A stretch of 24,839 bases of DNA, from NCBI GenBank assembly GCA_965373065.1, contig CBDVES010000001.1, positions 1 to 24,839 on the forward strand, written 5' to 3'. Under the pieces are notes generated by a model. That model was given only the letters and a program-made list of their open reading frames with translations, was not told the DNA's origin and made no database searches. The translations under genes were made by a program, and so were the position numbers. Origin of the DNA: an uncultured archaeon (lineage in GTDB: Archaea; Nanobdellota; Nanobdellia; Pacearchaeales; GW2011-AR1). Of the stretch, positions 8,612 through 15,786 are shown piece after piece; the stretch's first letter is position 1; each line of letters starts with the position of its first letter.

Positions 8612-8654
8612 TCACGCCTCGCTTAATTTCTTCTCAATTAAATAGGCGAGGTGA
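8612..8654 (-). terminator. Imperfect stem-loop just downstream of the ATPase stop (possible terminator or RNA stability element)
   Basis: cctcgc(8617-22)/gcgagg(8646-51) plus inner ttaatt/aattaa. It lies 8 nt past the ATPase stop codon. Confidence 0.35.
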
Positions 8655-8661
8655 TGCTGGC

Positions 8662-10950
8662 TCAAATCTTTCTTTTTTGCACTTCAGTGTTGAGCCAGCG
8701 CTTCCATTCAGGAAAAACCTTTTCACCCAAAGGCAACCCGATTTCCTGTCTTATCTTGTCAGAAATTTTATGAAACATATGATTAGAAAAAGTATTAAAT
8801 TCTGATTCCAAAATCTCATAATCTCCTGTTCTCTTCGCTACATCAACAATTTCTTTTTTTATTTTTGCCCTTAATAAAATATTATCATATATCGCATCCC
8901 AGTTCCCTGCCCAGCCCTTTACATTTGATGCAATATCTTTCACAACCTCGCTGTCCCCGTTAATTAAATCCTCTGTCGGCTCTAACTCATCTTTTTCCAC
9001 ATTATATTTCATTAAATCTACAAAACCCTTTTCTTGCATAGGATCTTGTTTCCAATGTTTTCTTACTTCAGAAATTCTTACAACTCTCTTCCAGGAATGC
9101 AAACCATCTGGGGACTTTATTGGATTGCACACAACAATAATATCTGTTGCCTTAAAACTCGTCGCTGGAACTCCAAGGTCATTCACAACCCTGTCAAAAA
9201 CCCCGTAAGGTGAAGCCCCGTGAATTGTCCCTGCAACAACATTTGCCAGAGCCCCAATCCTCATTGCCTCATACAAAGCTTTTGCTTCGGTACTCCTCAC
9301 CTCACCAATAATCAAACAACTATCCCCCAACCTAAGCGAAGTTCTTATCCCATCCTCAGCCGAAACTTCTGTTGTTGTCTTCAGCAAAGCAGAACGAACC
9401 TTCATCCTCAAAATATCATAATTAAGTTTTCTCAAAGATTCAACAGGCAACTCCAAGCTGTCCTCAATAACAATCACCCTGAATTTCGGAATAATCTCCA
9501 GCATCAAACTCCCAAGCAAACTCGTTTTCCCAGAACTTCTTGTCCCGGCAACTAAAAGAGTTCTTGAACCATCAATTAAAAAACTAAGCAAACCCGCAGC
9601 AAATGGATTAATCATTTTATTTTGAATAAACAATGGCAAAGTCCAGGGAGATTCCCTGTGTCTTCTGATTGCATAAGCCAGTCCATCAGGAGACAAAGGT
9701 CTTTGAATTATTGCAATTCTTGCTCTCATTTTTCCAATCTCTAATTGAGTATCTAAAATAGGATTTGCCTCGTCCAAAGGTCTGCCAGAAATCATCCTAA
9801 ACTTCGCTGCCCAGGAATCAACATCCTCCTGGCTCGGAAGAATATTCGTGGAACATTCATCATGCTCCTGATGCCTGACAAAAATATTTGTCAACGGAAT
9901 CGGCGCATTCAAAATAATATCCTGAAGCTTCCTGTCCTGCAATAAAACCTCAATCAATCCAAATCCAATTGTATGCCTCACAAGAATTGTGGAAAGTTTA
10001 TTCACATCATCATAGCTCAGATTCATTCCTTTGCTCTGAGCCAAATCCTGCAGCAAATCTTTTGAAATATTAAAAAAAACCTTTCGCGTCCTCTCGGTGT
10101 CTGTAAATTCTTCTGCCTTTGGCTGATGTTCAATCAAAACCCCTCGCGCCAGATTCAAAAGTATGTTGTGGTCTTCGCTCAGAGAATTCTCCGGGGGATT
10201 CAGATGATAAATCAATTTCGCCTGGTCCTTCATCCGCAACAAAGTCACAAGAGACTCGTCATAACTATTATTCGCAATTTTATACTGGTCAACAATCTCT
10301 GCATCTGTCGGCAAATCAGAAACAAGCCGTGTAAAAGTAAAATTCGGAATCACATCTGGCTTAAAAATCTTATGGTAAATCTCCCTGTCTCCTTTCTTAT
10401 AAGTCGCAAAAAAACCCAATGCCCTCTGAATTAAACCCATCTTCTCAACCAACCCAAAAAGATGCTCCAAAAAACCTATGTAATTCGTCTGGTCTGTCTT
10501 GTATTGCAAAGCAACTTTATTAAGAGCTATCTTCGCCTGAATAATAATTTTCTTCAACTCGCTATAAGATGAAATCGGGTCCTGCTTCAACAAAAAAAGA
10601 AAAGAAAAAATCTCATTATATCTCTGCGAAAAAAATTGCTCATTGCTTGTAACAAGTTTTTCCTGCGACAAAACTTTCTCTTGCTTGACAAGATGAACAT
10701 AAAGCTGAGCCACCTCCAAAAGCAAAGCAGTTTCATTAAAATCATAATTATAATTTTTCTGCTGGACAAAAACAATCCTCGACACATTTGGATTCTCCAT
10801 TAAAGCATCAAGAGTCATCTCCATTACTTCGGGATGCTCAGAAATACTCGGAACAAAACCCGCTCCCAAATAATTAATATACAAAACATCTTCGCCCCCC
10901 TCTCTCTGAACTTCATAAGCATACAACGGTGTTCCTTCTTTAAACTGCAT
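8662..10950 (-). CDS. Type II/IV secretion system ATPase (VirB11/TadA/ArlI-like) with long N-terminal extension
   Basis: Walker A GTRSSGKTS, Asp box EDSLEL, Walker B LIIGEVR and His box TIHG. SD-like AGAGGT lies upstream of the ATG at 10950. Confidence 0.9.
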   Translation of the reverse strand: MQFKEGTPLYAYEVQREGGEDVLYINYLGAGFVPSISEHPEVMEMTLDALMENPNVSRIVFVQQKNYNYDFNETALLLEVAQLYVHLVKQEKVLSQEKLVTSNEQFFSQRYNEIFSFLFLLKQDPISSYSELKKIIIQAKIALNKVALQYKTDQTNYIGFLEHLFGLVEKMGLIQRALGFFATYKKGDREIYHKIFKPDVIPNFTFTRLVSDLPTDAEIVDQYKIANNSYDESLVTLLRMKDQAKLIYHLNPPENSLSEDHNILLNLARGVLIEHQPKAEEFTDTERTRKVFFNISKDLLQDLAQSKGMNLSYDDVNKLSTILVRHTIGFGLIEVLLQDRKLQDIILNAPIPLTNIFVRHQEHDECSTNILPSQEDVDSWAAKFRMISGRPLDEANPILDTQLEIGKMRARIAIIQRPLSPDGLAYAIRRHRESPWTLPLFIQNKMINPFAAGLLSFLIDGSRTLLVAGTRSSGKTSLLGSLMLEIIPKFRVIVIEDSLELPVESLRKLNYDILRMKVRSALLKTTTEVSAEDGIRTSLRLGDSCLIIGEVRSTEAKALYEAMRIGALANVVAGTIHGASPYGVFDRVVNDLGVPATSFKATDIIVVCNPIKSPDGLHSWKRVVRISEVRKHWKQDPMQEKGFVDLMKYNVEKDELEPTEDLINGDSEVVKDIASNVKGWAGNWDAIYDNILLRAKIKKEIVDVAKRTGDYEILESEFNTFSNHMFHKISDKIRQEIGLPLGEKVFPEWKRWLNTEVQKRKI

Positions 10951-11011
10951 TTTGATTAACCTCTTTTTGGAAATGCGATTTTAGAGAATTTTGATTCTCC
11001 TTAAACTGCAT
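10940..11011 (-). other. Upstream mini-ORF 2 (23 aa) overlapping the ATPase start
   Basis: MQFKENQNSLKSHFQKEVNQNAV*. The stop lies inside the first codons of the ATPase. Confidence 0.45.
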
Positions 11012-11081
11012 TTTTTCCAAAACAAAATTTAATTGAAAAAATGCTGGTTAATGGAAATTTTATATTTGCTTTAAATTGCAT
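11001..11081 (-). other. Upstream mini-ORF 1 (26 aa) overlapping mini-ORF 2
   Basis: MQFKANIKFPLTSIFSIKFCFGKNAV*. The ATG is 21 nt downstream of TTTAAA (11103-11108). Confidence 0.45.
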
Positions 11082-11102
11082 AAAAGATAAAAGGTGAGAT
11101 AG

Positions 11103-11190
11103 TTTAAAGAGTTTTTGAAAAAAGTCTTTAATGAAAGATTTTCAATCTTATTTTAAAATGATTTCGTAAACAAATCACAACAAATTTAAA
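11103..11190. promoter_or_regulatory. Divergent archaeal promoters (TATA boxes) for the ATPase leader and the coiled-coil genes
   Basis: TTTAAA at 11103-11108 (minus) and 11185-11190 (plus). Each is 21 nt from an ATG (11081 and 11212). Confidence 0.55.
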
Positions 11191-11211
11191 CCCTCTTAAC
11201 ATAATTTTTAT

Positions 11212-11535
11212 ATGGAAGAGCCACAACAAGATTATGCTTCGCAAATTTTTGATGATGCTTCTGTAAGAATAAGGACACTTGAAGAACAGCAAAGAATAAC
11301 AAAAGACCGCATTCTTTTAATAGGTCAAAATCTTATAGAAACTAAAGAAGACACTGCCAAAAAAATTTTAGAAATAAAAAAAGATATTGAAACAATTAAA
11401 CAAAACATGGCAAGAATGATATCTTTTCTTGAAACAGCTTCAGGCGAGTTTTCAAAATTCGCAAGAAAAGACGATTTAGAAATACTGGCAAAACAAGCCA
11501 GAATGTTCCAGCCATTAAAATTAATAAAAAAATAA
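11212..11535 (+). CDS. Hypothetical coiled-coil protein (107 aa)
   Basis: Heptad-like charged helical sequence (IRTLEEQQRITKDRILLIGQNLIETKE). Promoter at the standard spacing. Confidence 0.75.
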   Translation: MEEPQQDYASQIFDDASVRIRTLEEQQRITKDRILLIGQNLIETKEDTAKKILEIKKDIETIKQNMARMISFLETASGEFSKFARKDDLEILAKQARMFQPLKLIKK

Positions 11536-11565
11536 AGATTTAAATAAATTTTATGTGATTTGAAA

Positions 11566-12228
11566 ATGAATATATTAGAACAAATAAAAGAAATGAAAAC
11601 CCAGGGAAAATCTGAACAGGAGATAATTAATACCATGCAACAGCAAGGAACATCTCCAAAAGAAATCAATGATGCACTTAGCAGAGCCCAGATAAAAAGT
11701 GCTGTTGCCGGAACAGAAAATATGCAGCAATCAGAAATGCCCCAATACAACCCCCCTTCTCCTCAAGCTACTTACACCCCGCAAACTCAGGAATTAAACA
11801 CACAAGAATATGCCCCATCAGAAGAATATTCCCAACCACAGGAGTACTATCCTCAGGAAACCTATGGCAGTTACACTCCTGCTGAAACAAGCACAGACAC
11901 AATGATTGAAATAGCAGAGCAGGTATTTTCTGAAAAAATTAAAAAAATACAAAAACAAATAAAAGACCTTGAAGAATTCAAAACTCTTGCTCAGATAAAA
12001 ATAAATAACACTGCAGAAAGACTTCACAGAATAGAAACAACAATTGACAAACTCCAGATATCAATACTTGACAAAATTGGTGGTTACGGGCAGAACTTAA
12101 ACTCCATAAAAAAAGAAATGTCAATGATGCAGGACTCTTTTGGCAAAGTCGTCAACCAGGCAGTTCAGGGACACAAAGCAATTCACAAACATAAAACAAC
12201 TAAAAAAACCAGTTCTAAAAAGAAATAA
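11566..12228 (+). CDS. Hypothetical protein: N-terminal helical repeat, Q/P/Y/E-rich linker, C-terminal coiled coil
   Basis: Start moved from TTG 11560 to ATG 11566 (TTTAAA at 11539-11544 is 21 nt upstream). GKSEQEII...GTSPKEINDAL repeat, low-complexity linker and basic tail. Confidence 0.75.
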   Translation: MNILEQIKEMKTQGKSEQEIINTMQQQGTSPKEINDALSRAQIKSAVAGTENMQQSEMPQYNPPSPQATYTPQTQELNTQEYAPSEEYSQPQEYYPQETYGSYTPAETSTDTMIEIAEQVFSEKIKKIQKQIKDLEEFKTLAQIKINNTAERLHRIETTIDKLQISILDKIGGYGQNLNSIKKEMSMMQDSFGKVVNQAVQGHKAIHKHKTTKKTSSKKK

Positions 12229-12795
12229 TTAACCTTCTCCCCGAAGAGCCCTTGCCAAAGGAGATTTAGACTTCTCCTCACTTGGATTTGCACTTCCCAC
12301 AATAATTGCCAATGCCAAAAGAACCACTATAACTACAGCAACTGTCTTCCAATTATCATACCACCAATACCCTGCACTCCAGCCCAGACTTCCCGCAGTA
12401 CTGATTAAAACAATGACTGCAATAATTACACCAATTCCCATCATAGTATACATTGTTGCATTACTGTCTGGGTTTGCAAACATACCAACAAAAATCAATA
12501 TCAAAAGTATAATTGCTAATGCAACACCAAGCCGGGGAAAAATTTCTGAAAAAAATTGAGGGACCATATCAAATTGCAAAGCCATTAATCCAACAACAAA
12601 TGCAATAACTCCATTGATAGATTTGTGTTCTTTAAAAATTTTAATCTGGGTTAAAATCCCAAACACCAAAGCAAAGATTAGCAAAAAAGGAAGAACATAA
12701 CTAAAAAATCCTGAATTCTGCATCTCATTTAAAAAATCTCCAATGCCCCCGCTTTCAAAATAACCATATGACGACAAAAATATTCCCTCTATCAT
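12229..12795 (-). CDS. Multi-pass membrane protein (LPFLLIF-type), paralog A
   Basis: About 5 TM segments, including YVLPFLLIFALVFGIL...KSINGVIAFVVGL. ATG 12795 is preferred over TTG 12813. Confidence 0.75.
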   Translation of the reverse strand: MIEGIFLSSYGYFESGGIGDFLNEMQNSGFFSYVLPFLLIFALVFGILTQIKIFKEHKSINGVIAFVVGLMALQFDMVPQFFSEIFPRLGVALAIILLILIFVGMFANPDSNATMYTMMGIGVIIAVIVLISTAGSLGWSAGYWWYDNWKTVAVVIVVLLALAIIVGSANPSEEKSKSPLARALRGEG

Positions 12796-12869
12796 TTTAA
12801 AATTTTCCTGCAATTCAAAGCATAATGAAAATCTTCCTCCAGACCTACTTGGTTGAATTGCTTTAACAT
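12792..12869 (-). other. Candidate 25-aa leader peptide coupled to paralog A
   Basis: MLKQFNQVGLEEDFHYALNCRKILK*. ATGA overlap at 12792-12795. TTTATA (12893-12898) lies 23 nt upstream of its ATG. Confidence 0.45.
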
Positions 12870-12915
12870 ATTAATTATTAAGAAAGATTGTTTATAAATA
12901 TTTCTTAAAAAACAA

Positions 12916-13413
12916 TTAATCAGATTTCCTTAAAACCAAAGCCAATGCAATTGCAATCACAACTATAAACGAAACATTTGTCCAAAAAGAATTACTCCAG
13001 CTTTGCTTAAATAATGAGTTAATCAATCCTTCTGACAAACCTGCTGCCCAAAAAAACGCCATAATAACTCCTATAATCACAACAGCACCAAAAGTCCATT
13101 TAACACCCTTGTTTTTTAAAATGTCTTCTTTAAGATCTCCTCCTGAAACAAAACCCCAAAGCAACAGGGCAACAAACATTACAACAAGACCAACAGTTAA
13201 AAATAAAATTAAATTTCCCACAATCATTTTTGGCTGAACAGCACTTAAAAAAATCAGCCCCATAACAAATGCAATAAGAGCATTAATTTGTTTTTTGTCT
13301 TCTCCCAAAAGTTTTGTTTTCTCAAGAATCGCAAAAACAATAAAAAATATCAGCAAAAACGGATACGCAAACTTAGTCAAAACCTCATGCTGAAAAATTG
13401 TTTCTATTACCAT
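12916..13413 (-). CDS. Multi-pass membrane protein, paralog B
   Basis: FAYPFLLIFFIVFAILEKTKLL...KQINALIAFVMGL aligns by eye with paralog A. Confidence 0.8.
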   Translation of the reverse strand: MVIETIFQHEVLTKFAYPFLLIFFIVFAILEKTKLLGEDKKQINALIAFVMGLIFLSAVQPKMIVGNLILFLTVGLVVMFVALLLWGFVSGGDLKEDILKNKGVKWTFGAVVIIGVIMAFFWAAGLSEGLINSLFKQSWSNSFWTNVSFIVVIAIALALVLRKSD

Positions 13414-13573
13414 TTTAATATTTAATTAAACAAAGAATAGTTTTTAAATGTTTTTGCAAGAAAAATTTTAGCAAAAAATATTTGCAAATCCAAACACTTT
13501 AAAATAAAACACAAAAATCTTTTTCAGCAGAAGTTAAAAAAAACAAAAACCGTGTTAAAATAAAAAATTTCCC

Positions 13574-13954
13574 TTAATCTAAAAATACAGTCTCCTTAAA
13601 ATTTTTAAAATGCTTATCTCCTGTAACAACCTTAGCATTAAATTTTCTTGCACTAATTAAAATAATTGCATCAACTAATCCAAAATCTCTGACTTTCTTT
13701 TTCATATCAGCGTGCAATAATCCGGCATCCCTTGCTATCTCAGAAGTTAATTCAACAACAATAGAATTAGACAATAAAATCCTGTATGCATTATCAAAAT
13801 CAATTCCTTCTCTTTTAAATTTACTGATAATTTCTGCAATTACCAAATTAGAAGTATAAACTTTTTCTTTTTTTAGAATCTTCCATACTTGCTCTCCTTT
13901 TTTACTCCCTCTAAAATATTCTATCCAGGAATAAGAATCCAAAAATAAATTCAT
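13574..13954 (-). CDS. vapC: PIN-domain ribonuclease toxin
   Basis: PIN acidic residues are present: FLDS, IAEII, LVDAI and TGDKHF. Confidence 0.9.
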   Translation of the reverse strand: MNLFLDSYSWIEYFRGSKKGEQVWKILKKEKVYTSNLVIAEIISKFKREGIDFDNAYRILLSNSIVVELTSEIARDAGLLHADMKKKVRDFGLVDAIILISARKFNAKVVTGDKHFKNFKETVFLD

Positions 13955-14151
13955 TAAAATCTATCCCCCATCCTATCTTTATCTGAAAAAGGTTTTAAAT
14001 CTTTAAACATCCCAAACCCATCTTTTTTCACTTTTTCAATTTCCATCTTAACCAATTCGCCCTCTTTTAATGACTCTTCCCTTACAATCTCTTTTGGAAT
14101 AGTCACAACTAATGAACCTCCAATACTCCTTGTTCTTGTTAATGACTGCAT
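13954..14151 (-). CDS. vapB: AbrB/MazE/SpoVT-family antitoxin
   Basis: RSIGGSLVVTIPKEIV...LKEGELV is a swapped-hairpin motif. TAATG overlap with the toxin gene. Confidence 0.88.
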   Translation of the reverse strand: MQSLTRTRSIGGSLVVTIPKEIVREESLKEGELVKMEIEKVKKDGFGMFKDLKPFSDKDRMGDRF

Positions 14152-14178
14152 TTAATTAATTACACATTTAATTATACA

Positions 14179-14201
14179 AAATATAACAAACAATTATATT
14201 T
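14179..14201. promoter_or_regulatory. Possible TA operator (8-bp inverted repeat)
   Basis: AAATATAA-N7-TTATATTT upstream of the antitoxin. It is AT-only, so chance occurrence is plausible. Confidence 0.25.
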
Positions 14202-14256
14202 AAACCTTTTGTTTAATAAAATTTAATCAAATATTAAAAAAATTATTTTTATTTAT

Positions 14257-14535
14257 TCAAACCAAATCATCCTGAATATCTTCAAGCTCAGAATCAGGAC
14301 TTGGCAAAGCAGACTGGTTTATAATAAAAATATCATTAATTGCCTTGACAAATTGGTGCGGAATTATCACTCCTTTTGCACCTCCAATAAGAGACAATAC
14401 ACTTCCTCCAACTTTTATTCTCCATCCTTCTACTTTATTTTCAGTTAAATTGGCCTCTTCTATCTCTCCAAAATAATCTCCTGAATCAGTATAAACTTTT
14501 GTGCCAATAGCATCTGATATTTTTTTGATTCTCAT
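14257..14535 (-). CDS. PRC-barrel domain protein (CdpB-like archaeal cell-division family)
   Basis: ISDAIGTKVYTDSGDYFGEIEEANL...IIPHQFVKAINDIFII matches the PRC-barrel pattern. Acidic tail. Confidence 0.8.
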   Translation of the reverse strand: MRIKKISDAIGTKVYTDSGDYFGEIEEANLTENKVEGWRIKVGGSVLSLIGGAKGVIIPHQFVKAINDIFIINQSALPSPDSELEDIQDDLV

Positions 14536-14668
14536 TTGAATTTTATTTTAAAATTTAAATATGGAAATTTCTATCTCCCTATAATAAAAAATATAATACT
14601 TTATTTAAATAGTTTTCCGTAATCCACTATATAACAACCTTTATAAAAAATCCTAACCTTAGAATACA

Positions 14669-15295
14669 ATGCTCACAAAAAAAGAAATAATTAGCATAAT
14701 CACAGCAACTCTGATTCTTTCATTTGTAATAAGTTTAGTGGAAACCCTTGAAATTTTTCTTTACACCTTGGGTGCAGTGTTCTTGGTTATCATGATTAAT
14801 CTTGCCCCCAAAAAAATCACAAGTTTTTATCTTGACACAGAAATAGAAACAAAACTCTGGGAAATTAAAAGATATGGATTCAAAGCAAATAAATATTTCA
14901 AAAAACCATTTCCCGCAGGAGCGTTTTTCCCAATAATCACAGCAGCTTTTTCATTTGGCTATGTTAATTGGATGGCGTCATTAATCTTTGATGTCAAGGG
15001 AAAAGTTTACAGGGCCGCAAAAAGACACGGACTCTACTCATTTTCAGGAATTGCAGAAGACCATGTCGGACTCATCGCTGCATCAGGTATTTTCGCCAAC
15101 CTGGTTTTCGCAGTCATCGGATATTTAATTAATTTCCCTGCATTTGCAAAATTAAATATTTATTATGCTTTTTTCAATATGCTTCCAATCTCAGACCTTG
15201 ACGGCAACAAAATTTTCTTCGGCAATTTAATACTCTGGAGTTTTTTGGCTTCAGTAACTTTAATTGGTCTGTTTTACACAATATTTATAATATAA
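14669..15295 (+). CDS. Peptidase M50 (site-2 protease)-like membrane protein, HExxH motif lost
   Basis: Retains IAASGIFANL and FNMLPISDLDGNKI (NxxPxxxxDG). The HELAH position reads INLAP. Confidence 0.7.
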   Translation: MLTKKEIISIITATLILSFVISLVETLEIFLYTLGAVFLVIMINLAPKKITSFYLDTEIETKLWEIKRYGFKANKYFKKPFPAGAFFPIITAAFSFGYVNWMASLIFDVKGKVYRAAKRHGLYSFSGIAEDHVGLIAASGIFANLVFAVIGYLINFPAFAKLNIYYAFFNMLPISDLDGNKIFFGNLILWSFLASVTLIGLFYTIFII

Positions 15296-15311
15296 AAATT
15301 CGTAAAAAAAC

Positions 15312-15524
15312 ATGAAAAAACAAGAAAACTGGTTTAAACAAAAAAAAGTCGTAATAGGTTTTTCAATAAGTGCCTTAATAGCAGGTTTTGTCTTTCTCAA
15401 CCACAGCATCACAGGAAATGTTATGTTAAATGCTGATAAAGGACTTGACCTTGTTTCATTAATTGGATTATTACTTGTTCTATGCTCAATCATTTTGGGA
15501 GCTTACACAATAAAGAAAAATTAA
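15312..15524 (+). CDS. Small two-TM membrane protein
   Basis: Two hydrophobic helices separated by SITGNV. Co-oriented 16 nt after the M50-like gene. Confidence 0.65.
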   Translation: MKKQENWFKQKKVVIGFSISALIAGFVFLNHSITGNVMLNADKGLDLVSLIGLLLVLCSIILGAYTIKKN

Positions 15525-15539
15525 TCACGCTCTAATAAT

Positions 15540-15746
15540 CTAGTAATCTTTATTTTTCTTCCCAATGCCAAAAACAAGTATTGACTTTCCAGAATAATAT
15601 CTATCTAAAATATGTGAAGGAGCATCATCAATTAAAAGAGAATAAATCTCCTCAAGTTCTCTTTTGATTGAATTCCTCCAATCTTCGATAAAAATTTTCT
15701 TCTTCCTGTCTACTTCGCGTATCTTAAAATCCTTGCAATCATTCAT
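15540..15746 (-). CDS. Small hypothetical protein
   Basis: Fills the intergenic gap without overlap. Weak AGGT SD-like sequence upstream. Confidence 0.45.
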   Translation of the reverse strand: MNDCKDFKIREVDRKKKIFIEDWRNSIKRELEEIYSLLIDDAPSHILDRYYSGKSILVFGIGKKNKDY

Positions 15747-15786
15747 CTAACTAAACCTATTTATACCTCTAAGAATTTTCCTATTA

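Noticed and set aside
3726-10950. Archaellum (arlI/arlJ) assignment
   Set aside because: No archaellin, ArlF/G or ArlH is recognisable in the window, so the genes are called generic T4P-like components.
10940-11084. CRISPR mini-array interpretation of the triple motif
   Set aside because: The repeats are only about 11-14 nt, the spacers resemble each other, the third copy is coding, and there are no cas genes.
13574-14151. VapBC module as a novel or mobile element
   Set aside because: Ordinary type II TA pair with no flanking terminal or target-site repeats and no transposase.
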